A stretch of DNA of 64,000 bases, from assembly GCA_951406725.2 (NCBI GenBank), contig OX597817.1, positions 167,214,001-167,278,000 of the forward strand, read 5' to 3'. Source of the stretch: Octopus vulgaris (Eukaryota). The translations under genes and the position numbers were made by a program. The notes under the pieces were generated by a model that did not search any database, had not been told where the DNA came from, and saw only the letters and a list, made by a program, of their open reading frames with translations. Of the stretch, positions 1 to 12,095 are shown in pieces (within the stretch, counting starts at the first letter, position 1; each line of letters starts with the position of its first letter).

Positions 1-406
1 AATGCAAACAATTTTGGAACACTGAATGAATCCACTTGAATATGAAGCATGTACAACTGATAAAATACATTTGGTGGGGGGCACCTAAAAGTTCCATCAC
101 CTGCCCAGTGATTTACATTCACTAAATCATCAAACCCTTTATCAGTTGTGAACACAAGTAATCTGTCTACATCAGTTTCACCACTATCAAATTGCAAGAA
201 AAGTTTGCCACTATCAGGAACTTGTATTCACCAGGTATCTCATAACCAAATCGACTCTTAGGGATTGGAGGGGCACTTACTTTTGCTTAACGCCAGTTCC
301 TTATATTGCAACTTACACACGAAGAGGAGGGCAGGTGAGCCATTTCATTTTCATCAAGCTTTTCACAATCAGTCGCAATTAATGAAGGAGAAGATTCCCG
401 AGACAT
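1..406 (-). pseudogene. MULE/Mutator (Phantom-like) transposase relic, runs off the window start
   Basis: Manual minus-strand translation gives ...FLQFDSGETDVDRLLVFTTDKGFDDLVNVNHWAGDGTFRCPPPNVFYQLYMLHIQVDSFSVPKLFA. This matches the MULE W-x-x-DGTF...FxQLY-x-x-H pattern around the first catalytic Asp. The upstream part has a stop and a frameshift. Confidence 0.8.
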
Positions 407-763
407 CCTTGTAAGTTGGATAAATAATTTAACGAAGTACTTACACGAACACACGAGGCTTACTGTTACACGAGGTTAAATGGCTCAGTGAATTGCTTAC
501 CGACAGTTATTAGCTATTAAAGTTTTAAAATTTGGGGTAATTTTAGCCAAACGTAAGCCACAGACACATTCATGCCATAGTAACCAGTCAAACATGAGAA
601 TTCTTGTCTGCGAGAAAGTACGTGTTGGCTAATATGTTCCAATCATTGAGATGGTAGTCATATTTGGTAAAAAATAATAGCCTAATAGACCTTAAATCAC
701 GCACCAGAGGGGGATGCAGTTTCGTACCCAAAAAGAAAATTATGCAAAACGAAAAAGCATTTT

Positions 764-1024
764 ATGAGTACAAGAAAACGTAGTGAGAATATGTATTGGC
801 GAGGCACGCGACAAGGATGCATGGGGTCTGTGTCAGTGAGGAGAGACACAAAGTTTGAAGGTGGCACTCTTCCTCTTTTGACTGTTGTGCTTTTCCTTTT
901 CTCATGGCCTAAGGAATTGACTTCAGTCCGGTTTTGTGTTGAAGAACTAGGGATGAGCCATTGCTCAGCTGTTGATTATAACAGCTATGTTAGGGATGTG
1001 CGGAGGGCTTGCTCCGTTATCTAG
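764..1024 (+). pseudogene. Merlin/ISXO2-like (IS1595-related) transposase N-terminal relic
   Basis: ORF YWRGTRQGCMGSVSVRRDTKFEGGTLPL...FSWPKELTSV.FCVEELGMS..AVDYNSYVRDV resembles the WRC..C..S.R..T.FE.S.L....W....EL.....VD....R.VC block of Merlin transposases. It is truncated before the DDE domain. Confidence 0.65.
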
Positions 1025-1700
1025 TTAAGGTTGTAGATGTTTGATTTTTATAAATATTTAATTTGTAATGTGCTATTTTGTTTTTTGATAAATCTTTTAA
1101 GTTTGTGTTTTAAGTTTCTTATTTTGAGAAATATTTAATCTGTAATGTGCATATTGAATGCTTAAAACTACAAAATACGTGTTGTTTACTCGTTTTTTTA
1201 ATCATTGGGTGGTTGTGAGGTGTGCTAGAAATAACAGCTGAATAGGCCTTAAATCACGCACCCTCACAATTTTTGAGGGAGTGCATAATTGTATGAAGTC
1301 TCGCATATATATGTTGTGAGTAAATCGTTTGTTTACGGTTTCATATAAAAACACAGGTGCTATTTTCAAGATGTTGACAAAATGTGTAGTCACACACATA
1401 ATGACAGCTTCTAAATCCTGCTTCCTGACTGGGTGAAAATGATAAAACTTTGAACCTCTATAACTGTTTTATTTTAGATATTTCTGTAAAATGCTAAATA
1501 TCTCCAGCAATTCAGCTTGGAAATCTACATTAATGTAGCAAATTTTTAAATTTTCAATAAACTTTGGTTTCTGAAATCTTGGCTGGCAAACAGAAAAGAC
1601 CCAAACGACCGAATAGGTGACTGAAATGATTCTTTCACTTAACTGAATTACTTTGTAAATCATTACTATCATCAACAACAACAAAAACAATAATAGAAAT

Positions 1701-1865
1701 AGCGAATGAGTGGCTGTGCGGTAAGTAGCTTGCTTATGAACCACATAGTTCCGGGTTCAGTCCCACTGCGTGGCACCTTGGGCAAGTGTCTTCAACTATA
1801 GCCTCGGGCCGACCAAAGCCTTGTGATTTGATTTGGTAGACGGAAATTGAAAGAAGCCTGTCGTA

Positions 1866-1930
<65 letters not shown>

Positions 1931-2147
1931 GTTTGTCTGTGTTTGTCCCCTCCCCAATATCGCTTGACAACCGATGCTGGTGTGTCTGTGTCTACATCCC
2001 CGTAACTTAGCGGTTCGGCAAAATAGACCGACAGAATAAGTACAAGGCTTACAAAGAATAAGTCCAGCGGTCGATTTGTTCGACTAAAGGTGCTGCTCCA
2101 GCATAGCCACAGTCAAATGACTGAAACAAGTAAAAGAGTAAAGAGTA
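1701..2147 (+). mobile_element. tRNA-derived SINE family 1 (CORE-like centre, internal microsatellite, CAGTCAAATGACTGAAAC tail)
   Basis: A/B-box-like head (TGGCTGTGCGG...GGTTCAGTCCC), CORE-like ACCTTGGGCAAGT, internal (TA)n; many similar copies in the window. Confidence 0.85.
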
Positions 2148-2150
2148 ATA

Positions 2151-2265
2151 CTAGGAATGAAATTACCGGGAGTGAAATTGACTGACAGCTAAATTACCAG
2201 AGGTCAAATTATCGTAGCCAAAATACCGGAAGTCTAAATAACCAGGAGTCAATTTACCTAGAACC
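2151..2265. repeat. Array of about 15-bp subterminal repeats ending in GAACC; probable complex TIR of a MULE/Phantom element
   Basis: Repeated AAATTACC/AAATTGAC/AAATAACC units at about 15-bp spacing, located 5' of the minus-strand MULE relic. Confidence 0.5.
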
Positions 2266-2404
2266 ATATATACCCATTGCCTAACTTTCTATCTTTGATA
2301 GCGTTTGTTACATAGACGTACTTGCTTACGAAACGTCGCAATTTAAATTGCTGGCTCTGAAATCTATAGAAAATCTTTAGCGGTAATCTTCAAAAGTAAA
2401 TCTT

Positions 2405-2617
2405 TATACTATAGGCTCAGTGCCTTAAATTTTGCGTGAAGGGGCTGGTCGATTACATCGACCCCACTTCTCGACAGATAGTTATTTTATCAACCCCGAA
2501 AGGATGAAAGGCAAAAAAGTCAACACTGGTGGAAATTGAACTCAGAACGTAAAACCAGAAAAAATTGCTGCTAAGCATTTTGTTCGACGTGCTAACAATT
2601 CTGCTGTCTCACTGCCA
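2405..2617 (-). mobile_element. SINE family 3, diverged copy
   Basis: Reverse complement of the TTTGCCTTTCATCCTTTCGGGG body and the tRNA-like head. Confidence 0.7.
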
Positions 2618-2647
2618 TTCAGTCTCTAAGTAATATTTGTATCAAGT

Positions 2648-3230
2648 AAGGCAGCGAGCTAGATGAAACATTAGCACGTCCGGCGAAATGCCTAGCGGTA
2701 CTTCGTCTGCCGTTACGTTCTGAGTTCAAATTCCGCCGAGGTCGACTTTACCTTTCATCCTTTCGGGGTCGATAAATTAAGTACCAGTTACGCACTGGGG
2801 TCGATGTAATCGACTTAATACCTATGTCTGTCCTTGTTTGTCCTCTCTGTGTTTAGCCCCTTGTGGGTAATAAAGAAATAGGTATTTCGTCTGCCGTTAC
2901 GTTCTGAGTTCAAATTCCGCCGAGGTCGACTTTGCCTTTCATCCTTTCGGGGTTGATTAAATAAGTACCAGTTACTCACTGGGGTCGATATAATCGACTT
3001 AATCCATTTGTCTGTCCTTGTTTGTCCTCTCTGTGTTTAGCCCCTTGTGGGTAGTAAAGAAATAGGTATTTCCTCTGTCTATACGTTCTGAGTTCAAATT
3101 CCGCCGAGATCGACTTTGCCTTTCATCCTTTCGGGGTCGATAAATTAAGTACCAGTTGCTTACTGGTGTCGATCTAATCGACTGGGCTCCTTCCCTCAAA
3201 ATTTCAGGCCTTATGCCTAGAGCAGAAAAG
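2648..3230 (+). mobile_element. SINE family 3 with three tandem 184-bp internal units
   Basis: Units start at about 2697, 2881 and 3065. 16-bp TSD AATAT(T/C)TGTATCAAGT at 2632-2647 and 3231-3246. Confidence 0.9.
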
Positions 3231-3382
3231 AATATCTGTATCAAGTGTCACAAAGCATCAAGTGTCTCTGCGTAATATTTCCGTCTCTGTGCAATATTTG
3301 TATCGAGTGTCACAAAATATCGAGTGTCAGGAAGCTCACAGAATACGAAAGGCTGTTTTCACTGATAGAAGACGACTCACTG

Positions 3383-3423
<41 letters not shown>

Positions 3424-3553
3424 ATACCTATTATAATGTATTAATAGAATTGTTTTCTATAAGACAGTATTTTGTAAATAGTGACAGTTTACGCTTTCCT
3501 TGTAAATACTATAACCGACAGCCTTTTCATCGGCTCTGCATACTTTACACCGT

Positions 3554-3940
3554 GGAGGCGCAATGGCCCAGTGGTTAGGGCAGCGGACTCGCGGTCGGAG
3601 GATCGCGGTTTCGATCCCCAGACCGGGCGTTGTGAGTGTTTATTGAGCGAAAACACCTAAGAAAAGCTCCACGAGGCTCCGGCAGGGGATGGTGGTGATC
3701 CCTGCTGTACTCTTTCATCACAACTTTCTCTCACTCTTACTTCCTGTTTCTGTTGTACCTGTATTTCAAAGGGCCGGCCTTGTCACTCTCTGTGTCACGC
3801 TGAATATCCCCGAGAACTACGTTAAGGGTGCACGTGTCTGTGGAGTGCTCAGCCACTTACACGTTAATTTCACGAGCAGGCTGTTCCGTTGATTCGGATC
3901 AACCGGAACCCTCATCGTCGTAACCGACGGAGTGCTTCCA
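3554..3940 (+). mobile_element. SINE family 2 (tRNA-Arg-like head GGAGGCGCAATGGCCCAGTGG)
   Basis: A-box TGGCCCAGTGG and B-box GTTTCGATCC; near-identical inverted copy at 6452-6835. Confidence 0.85.
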
Positions 3941-4035
3941 ATAGTTTACACCATTACTACCCATACAGCATAAGATATATAACACGACTACTCTGCGTTG
4001 CACATCAGTACAGCTTTTGTATTAAGTCTGCAGTA

Positions 4036-4435
4036 GGCGCTGGCGTGGCTGTGTGGCACGAAGCTTACTTCCCAATCACATAGTCCCGGGTTCAGTCCCA
4101 CTGCATGGTACCAAAGCTTTGTGAGTTGATTTGGTCGATGGATATTGAAAAGAATCCTTGTGCATGAATGTGTGTGTGTATGTGTGTGTGTGTATGTGTG
4201 TATGTGTGTGTGTGTATGTGTGTGTATGTGTGTATGTGTGTGTGTGCGAGTGTGTGTGTTTATGTGTGTGTGTGTGTGTGCGTGTGGGTGCGTGTGTGTG
4301 CGTGTGTGTGTGTGTGTCTGAGTTTGATTCCCACTGATGTTGTGTCCCGCAAAATAGATCAACAGAATAAGTACCAGTCTTTAAATAGATCCTTTAAGGT
4401 AATGATCCAGTATGGCCGCAGTCTAAAAGATAAAA
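4036..4435 (+). mobile_element. SINE family 1, diverged, with internal (TG)n
   Basis: Head GGCGCTGGCGTGGCTGTGTGG and tail CCAGTATGGCCGCAGTC. Confidence 0.7.
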
Positions 4436-4949
4436 GGCGTATGATATACATACCACAAGACATAATGTGACGGACTGGCAGAACAGTTAGCGCATCGGGT
4501 AGAATACTTTGCAATATTCGTTCTGGTGCTCCAAGTTCAGATCCCACCTGTCAACTTCACCTTTCATCGGTATCGAGGTCGTTATATAGAGGTATCATAG
4601 TATTACTTAGAAGTATTTGGGTTCTTTATTGCCATCTCTCTTTCTTTCTCTTTTGCTATGATCAGATCTGGCATGGAGTAGGATTTGTCAGGATTCAAAA
4701 TCTCATATTAAGCTGTATGCCACAGCAGCGCCCTTACGTCTCCATCAGAAGTCGAGGGCTCAAGGTAATATTTATAGTATGACGAGCATTAAAAATTTTT
4801 CTGAGGAACGTCAGAAAATCGTGTAAACACATAATAGAAAAAAGCAGCAATGAACTCGGTTAAACCAAAGGTTTACGAAGTCAGAAGTATAGCAAAAGAA
4901 AAGTCAGTTCGTTTTGTCTGATTAAGTCAAGTTCGGGCTGCGTAAATAT

Positions 4950-5372
4950 TCTTTTCTACTCTAGACACAAGAGCCGAAATTTTTTTTTTTTTTTTGGGGG
5001 GGGGGGGACCAGTCAATTAGATAATTAGAACGATCCCCAGTATGCAACTGGTACTTAATTTATCGACCCCAAAAGGATGAAAGGCAAAGTCGACCTCGGT
5101 GGAATTTGAACTCAGAACGTAAAGACAGACAAAATACTTATTTCTTTACTACCCACAAGGGGCTAAACACAGAGGAGACAAACAAGGACAGACAGACGGA
5201 TTAAGTCGATTATATCAACCCCCAATGCGTAACTGGTACTAAATTTATCGACCCCGAAAGGATGAAAGGCAAAGACCACCTCGGCGGGATTTGAACTCAG
5301 AACGTAAAGACAGACAAAATACTGCTAAGCATTTCGCCCAGCGTGCTAACGTTTCTGCTAGCTCACCGCCTT
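4950..5372 (-). mobile_element. SINE family 3 with two units
   Basis: Reverse complement of the family 3 consensus, ending AGAAAAGAATAT. Confidence 0.85.
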
Positions 5373-5543
5373 ATGCTGTTCTGCCAGTCCGTCACATTAT
5401 GTCTTGTGGTATGTATATCATACGCCTTTTATCTTTTAGACTGCGGCCATACTGGATCACTACCTTAAAGGATCTATTTAAAGACTGGTACTTATTCTGT
5501 TGATCTGTTTTGCGGGACACAACATCAGTGGGAATCAAACTCA

Positions 5544-5592
<49 letters not shown>

Positions 5593-6412
5593 TGCCATCT
5601 CTTTTTCTCTTTTGCTATGATCAGATCTGGCATGGAATAAGATTTATCGGGATTCAAATGCTCATATTACGCTGTATACCACAGCAACACCCTTGCGTCT
5701 CCATCAGAAGTCGAGTGCTCAAGACAATATTTGTAGTATGACAAACACTAAAAAATGTTCTAAAGAGCGTCAGAAAATTGTGTAAACACACGATAGAAAA
5801 ACGTTACAAAGTTTTTTTCCTGCAGCAACATAAACTCGGTCAAACAACAGGTTTATGAAGTCAGAAGTAAAGTGAAAGCAAAAATCAGTTTATTTTGTCT
5901 GATTAAGTTAAGTTTATGTTACATAAATATTGCTTTCGTATTTTTATGAGTGTTTATGACAAAAAGAAAAAACTGACGCATTTTCATGTCACAAAAGCAA
6001 ATTACTTTCATGCGTATACTAGCGTCAGAAACGCATTTCTGTAGTTTAAAACATTAAATCAAATCATTCCTGCGAAAATTGCAAATCACTGTAGATTTAA
6101 TAACAATTGTCTGTGGATATGAATATAAATATACAATGAATTTGTTTGTGTGAGTGTGTATGTGTGTGGGGGGAAGGGTATATATGCATGTATGTACATA
6201 TAAAAATAAATGTTTCCATCTCGATCCAGGCTCAAAAGGGCCAGTTTCCCGGTTTCAGGGACGTATATATTCCCCACCTGGAGGGGACGCGGATCAGTCG
6301 CAGGGTAACATCGTTTTTGCCATCTGACCAGACTGGAGCAACGTGAAATGAAGTATTTTGCTCAAAACACAACGCATATATGTGTGTGCGTGTGTGTCTG
6401 CGTGTGTGTTTG

Positions 6413-6450
<38 letters not shown>

Positions 6451-6451
6451 G

Positions 6452-6835
6452 GATGGAAGCACTCCGTCGGTTACGACGACGAGGGTTCCGGTTGATCCGA
6501 ATCAACGGAACAGCCTGCTCGTGAAATTAACGTGTAAGTGGCTGAGCACTCCACAGACACGTGTACCCTTAACGTAGTTCTCGGGGATATTCAGCGTGAC
6601 ACAGAGAGTGACAAGGCCGGCCCCTTGAAATACATGTACAACAGAAACAGGAAGTAAGAGCGAGAGAAAGTTGTGGTGAAAGAGTACAGCAGGGATCACC
6701 ACCATCCCTGCCGGAGCCTCGTGGAGCTTTAGGTGTTTTCGCTCAATAAACACTCACAACGCCCGGTCTGGGGATCGAAACCGCGATCCTACGACCGCGA
6801 ATCCGCTGCCCTAACCACTGGGCCATTGCGCCTCC
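6452..6835 (-). mobile_element. SINE family 2
   Basis: Reverse complement of 3554-3940 at high identity. Confidence 0.85.
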
Positions 6836-6925
6836 TGTGTGTGTTATACAAAGGGTTACTCAAAAGAAAGTGGAATTTTGCAATATTATTTTATTCACTT
6901 AGTTTTACATGTTTACACTTTTATC

Positions 6926-7130
6926 GCCAACCAAATGGCAACCAGCTAGCAACCAACTAGCAACCAACTAGCAACCAACTGGCAACCAACTAGCAACCAA
7001 CTAGCAACCAACTAGCAACCAACTAGCAACCAACTGGCAACCAACTAGCAACCAAAGGGCAACCAAGGAACAGCCAGCTGGAAACCAGAGGGCAATCGAC
7101 TGGCAACCACCTGGCAATCAAATGGCAACT
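6926..7130. repeat. 11-bp minisatellite (CAACCAACTAG)n, degenerating rightwards
   Basis: Directly visible; about 9 near-perfect units at 6950-7055. Confidence 0.9.
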
Positions 7131-7229
7131 GAGTAGGCGGCGAATGAGCCAATCGACTCCTCCAAACTCTTTATTACTTCCAACTCTATGTAAAATCTCT
7201 GGTAAATACCTTATCAAAATATATAGCCA

Positions 7230-7624
7230 CTAGCAGTATCGCCCGGCGTTGCTCGGGTTTGTAAGGGAAATAACTATAAAGCATTTTTAGAGAGTTATAG
7301 CCAAAAAACAGCAAAAACTGCATTAAAAATGGAAAAAAAATTATGGTAAATTTTTTTTAAATCGTTGACTCATCGTAGACATTTTAGAGAGTTACTTCCC
7401 TTTATTTAAAAAATATGCTTTAAAATGGAAAAAAATTATGGTAAATTATTTTTAAAATCGTAGACTCATCGTAGACGCGCGCTAATACCCAGAAGGGCTC
7501 GATATGAATCACGACTATAAGATACCCGGTTTTGGTTAAACTGCATCCGCAAAATGTGGGAGTAGTTAGGAATCTAAATCGTAGGAGACAGACACTCACA
7601 CAACTTCACTTTTATATATATAGA
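7230..7624 (-). mobile_element. Non-autonomous Helitron
   Basis: On the minus strand: A|TC 5' end, subterminal hairpin CCCGAGCAACGCCGGG, CTAG|T 3' end, no TSD. A second copy lies at 41102-41405. Confidence 0.85.
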
Positions 7625-7774
7625 TAAGAAAACTGCATAACAACAGGAAACAACTTGTTTCCGTATTCTTCCAATCACTACCAATGTAATGAACAGTTGC
7701 TGGGTCAGAAAAAGGGTTTCGTTTCCAACTCATCCAATTAAGGTATTCCTGTGACAGGTGAGTCTTTCCTTTCT

Positions 7775-8455
7775 TTCACATGTTTCAGTCACTAGACTTC
7801 GACCAAGCTGGAGCACCTCTTTCAAAGGCTTCATTGGAACAATTCGACCCTAAAACTTAATTTGTTTTTAAAGTCCGGTACTTATTCTAGCGGAGGCGCA
7901 ATTGTCCAGTGGTTAGGGCAGCGGACTCGCGGTCGGAGGATCGCGATTTCGCTTCCCAGCGTTTGTGTTTATTGAGCGAAAACACCTAAAAGCTCTACGA
8001 GGCTCCGGCAACGGGTGGTGACGACCCCTATTGTACTCTTTCGCCACAACTTTCTCTCACTCTCTCTTCCTGTTTTTTGAGTAATGCTGCGATGGACAGG
8101 CGTCCCGTCAAACTAGGGAGAACACGGAAATCGTGAAACCGGGCCCATGAGCCTGGCTAGGCTTGAAAAGGGTGACGTTTATCGTTTTTTTATTTTACTT
8201 ATTCTATCGGCCTCTTTTGTCAAACCGCTAAGTTACACGACATAAACAAACCAACATAGGTTGCTAAGCAGTGATAGGGAACAAACACAAATACAGAGAC
8301 GCACGCGCATACATATACATTCACTCACAAGTAATTGGTCGGCACACAGGGCTACAGTAGAAAATACTTACCCAAGGTGCCGCGCAGTGGGACTGAACCC
8401 GAAGTAATTTGGTTGCAATATCAGTTTTTTAACCTCACAGCCATGTCTGCGCCTA
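7775..8455 (-). mobile_element. SINE family 1 (minus) with a nested family 2 SINE (plus, about 7892-8170)
   Basis: Family 1 tail and head flank the inserted GGAGGCGCAATTGTCCAGTGG element; TACTTATTCTA is repeated at both junctions. Confidence 0.75.
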
Positions 8456-8493
8456 ACATTTTAATCTGAAATGAAAATGGATGAAATTACATA

Positions 8494-8996
8494 CCGTAAA
8501 TCCTCGTGTATAATCTGCATATTTTTCCCAAAAATTTAAAGGTCAAAATCCCTAGTGCGTACTATATACGAGGTTAAAAATGAAAAGTATTTTCTAAGCA
8601 ATGTCCGAGTCTCTATTTGCTGTCCGGCAATGTTTATTCAGACGCATTTTGTGATGTCAGGCGCGAAAATACCTTAAGCTAAGCCTGAAAGCAATGAAGT
8701 AATAAAAGAATCATCCATGACTTGCAGTAAGCAACATTTATTAAATGTTATTACTGTTATTTCTTTATTTTCTGCAAACAAAATGCACAAAAAAGCTACA
8801 CGTTTGCATTATGTTATACACAATAATAATAAAGGACGTTACCGTATACATTTTTACAAACGAAGGACGTTATATTGACTCAAGTTAGAGAAGGGGCGCG
8901 TATTATACACAAGATTTAAGTTTCTCAGAGCTACAGCCCCCTAAAAATTCCCTGCGTATTATAGCTCAAGGGCGGACTATACTCGAGGATTTACGG
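8494..8996. mobile_element. Tc1/pogo-type MITE
   Basis: TIRs CCGTAAATCCTCG(T/A)GTATA flanked by TA on both sides (8492-8493 and 8997-8998). Confidence 0.9.
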
Positions 8997-9336
8997 TACT
9001 GCTAGAGTTTTAGATAAGCAGTGCTATCTCCAGGTTATTCAAAAATTGACAAGAAAAGGTTGTTGATTTGTTCATACGTAATAGCAATGAGTGTAATTTT
9101 GATATGTTTCTCCGAGAGATTAATGGTGTAATTGAAGATTTCAACTCGAACGTGAAAGCTGTTTGCTGTCTTGACACGACGGAACATGATATTTGGTGAA
9201 CTATCCCATTTTATAGCGATAAAAAAAAAAGACTGGCGTTTTTTCTCCGTTGCAAGGGAAATAACCACTTTATAAGGGAAACTACTCTATCAGGGTTTTA
9301 TTTGTACGTCAATAACATTGTTTTGCCTGATATGCG

Positions 9337-10025
9337 TACATACACACACACATACATACATACATACATCCATACATACATACATACATACATACATACA
9401 TACATACATACATACATAGATACGTACGTACATACATACATACATACATACATACATACGTACATACATACATACGTACGTACGTACATACGTACGTACA
9501 TACATACATACATACATACATACATACATACATACATACATACATACGAACGTACAAAAATACTCTGTAGTTGAAATTCCAATGAAGGAGCCTTGAATCT
9601 AGGCTAGAAACAGGCTCTTTCTCTATTGGCAAGAAATTTTGTAATAAAATTTAATGATCACATACATACATACATACATACATACATACATACATACAAA
9701 CATACATACATACATATATACATATTATACATACATATAGTCGGAACTCTCCTCTTACACCAAAACAATATCCCACAATGCATTTGCAGTACCAGGGCTG
9801 ATCCCAACATTTGGGATACTGGATTGGTCTGAAGAAGAAATCCACTCCATAGATACCAAAACGCGCAAAACCTTGACAACAACCGGGAACTTCCACAGAA
9901 ACAGTGATGTTGGAGGGCTCTACCTAAGAAGAAATGTAAGTGGTAGAGGCCTGTGATCAGTGCCAGACGGCCTTTGAATGCCGAATGGTATCACTCAGGC
10001 ATCGCCTGCTAAACAAAAGCAGCAA
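9337..10025 (+). mobile_element. (TACA)n arrays containing R4/Dong-like LINE fragments (3' tail about 9556-9660; RT C-terminal piece about 9740-10025)
   Basis: Tail GAAACAGGCTCTTTCTCTATTGGCAAGAAA is shared with other copies. Translation TKTRKTLTTTGNFHRNSDVGGLYLRRNVSGRGL is typical of R4-clade RT C-termini. Confidence 0.7.
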
Positions 10026-10042
10026 AAATAAATATATATATA

Positions 10043-10213
10043 GGCGCAGGAGTGGCTGTGTGGTAAGTAGCTTGCTTACCAGCACATGGTCCCGGGTTCA
10101 GTCCCACTGCGTGGCATCTTGGGCAAGGTGCCTTCTGCTATAGCCTCGGGCCGACCAAAGCCTTGTGAGTGGATTTGGTAGACGGAAACTGAAAGAAGCC
10201 CGTCGTATATATG

Positions 10214-10280
<67 letters not shown>

Positions 10281-10485
10281 ATGTTTGTGTGTCTGTATTT
10301 GTCCCCCTACCATTGCTTGGTGTGTTTATGTCCCTGTCACTTAGCGGTTCGTCAAAAGAGACCGATAGAATAAGTACTGGGCTTACAAAGAATAAGTCCC
10401 GGGTTCGAGTTGCTCGATTAAAGGTGGTGCTCCAGCATGGCCGCAGTCAAATGACTGAAACAAGTAAGAGAGTAAGAGCGTAAGA
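10043..10485 (+). mobile_element. SINE family 1, full length
   Basis: Runs from the GGCGCAGGAGTGGCTGTGTGG head to the CAGTCAAATGACTGAAACAAG tail, with internal (TA)n(TG)n. Confidence 0.9.
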
Positions 10486-10514
10486 GAGAGATATAAATGC
10501 AATGCTGAAAAGTG

Positions 10515-10760
10515 TGGAGGTACGTGGCTTAGTGGTTAGGGTATCAGCATCATGATCGTAAGATTGTGGTTTCCATTCCTGGACCGGGCGACGCGTTGTG
10601 TTCTTGAGCAAAACACTTCATTTCACGTCGCTCCAGTCCACTCAGCTGGCAAAAATGAGCAACGCTGCGATGAACTGGCGTCCCGTCCAGCTGGGGAACA
10701 CATACGCCATAGAAACCGGGAAACCGGGCCCATGGGTCTGGCTAGGCTTTAAAAGGGCGC
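10515..10760 (+). mobile_element. SINE related to family 2
   Basis: tRNA-like head TGGCTTAGTGG, body CTGCGATGAACTGGCGTCCCGTCCAG; related partial copy at about 6225-6375 (minus). Confidence 0.75.
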
Positions 10761-10779
10761 ATTTCCTTTTTTTATTTTA

Positions 10780-11740
10780 ATGCGGAAAAGTGAAGTGAGC
10801 AACATTGTACAAGTTGGCAGTGAGCTCCTCAAGAAGCACTTCCTGATGATCTCCTATACAGCCCCAAAACAACTAGGCTCTCTTACCTCAAAGAAGACCT
10901 GGATGGAAAATAATCAGCATACAAAGAAGACTATCCATGGGTATGTTGCCCGGAAGCTTGAAGACAGTAGAATTGATACGGCGCGCAGTCTCTCTTGGCC
11001 ACAAGACCACTACTATGTATTTGCAATCCAGAAAAAAAGAGATTGCCACAAAGTACCTAGTGAACAAGAGAGACTGACACTCTTGTAATCCTAAGGTGCA
11101 ACCGCTTGTGTAGGCTATGTCATGTTTCTGTGGAAGAGGCACAATGTTGTCGTTAAATCAATTTACAATGACATCCGCAAAAAAGACTGTCCTGAAATAA
11201 ACTTTAAAAATCCCTCTGTTATGGAATACATTCATAAACATCAACTCAAGGAATACTGGTGGAATATTCCCATCAAAACTTCTGTCAAAGGTAAACATAA
11301 GAGGCCGGATATTGTTGTTTGGGACAGAGGGACAAAGGTATGTCCCATCATAGAGGTCAGCTGCCCTGCAGATGTAAATATATCTTTGAAAATCGAAGGA
11401 AAAGAGGATATATATGGACAACTGCTTCGAAACATTTAGCTTCTATATCCAGACTATGAATTCATATTCATACCAATAATAATTGGAGCGCTAGCTTTTG
11501 TTAGTAAATGCTTAAAAGAGAATCTGGATAAACTGGGATTCTCAGAAAGAGAAATCGACCGACTAATTCGTACATCACAAGTGCAAGCTGTGAGTGGAAC
11601 TGTAAAAATATGCCAGACTTTTCTCAAGTTCCAAATGTGAATTTGTCTGTGTAAACTACATCCCAAAGATGGAGTTTTGTATCTTTGTTGGAAACCGGCT
11701 TCTTCTTCAGTGGAAAATTTATAATAATTAAAAAATAGAC
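10780..11740 (+). mobile_element. R4/Dong-clade LINE 3' fragment with restriction-like endonuclease (degenerate)
   Basis: YVFAIQ...RHNVVVKSIY...YWWNIPIKT...KRPDIVVWD...IIEVSCPAD...KEDIYGQL...FIPIIIGALAFV fits the PD-(D/E)xK RLE domain. It has frameshifts and stops and ends in (TACA)n. Confidence 0.85.
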
Positions 11741-11824
11741 CATACATACATACATACATACATACATACATACATACATACATACATACATACATACATA
11801 CATACATACATACATACATACATA

Positions 11825-12095
11825 ATGAGCATAAATGAGCAGAAGATTATGCATGGATACGTTAGTTGAAAGCTCCGAGATGATAATAACATTGATCATG
11901 AAAGCAGTCTATCATGGACCAACAACCGGATTACTACCTCCCATTTAGAAGGGCATGCGTTTGCAATCCAGGAACAGGAAATATCAACCAAATACTTGAT
12001 GCGCAAAAGGGATAGAGATGCGGGAAAAGCAGTAAAATGTGACAACCGATGCAGACTTTGTGGAGTTCACACCGAAGATATCACCCACATCATAA
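11825..12095 (+). mobile_element. R4/Dong-like LINE fragment (CCHC zinc knuckle region)
   Basis: SHLEGHAFAIQEQEISTKYLMRKRDRDAGKAVKCDNRCRLCGVHTEDITHII; begins directly after (TACA)n. Confidence 0.85.

Noticed and set aside
3554-3625. tRNA-like sequences at SINE heads
   Set aside because: A/B boxes are present but there is no complete cloverleaf, and they continue into SINE bodies.
7690-7763. Consensus donor CAG|GTGAGT at 7758
   Set aside because: No convincing acceptor or start upstream and two of three frames are closed; insufficient support.
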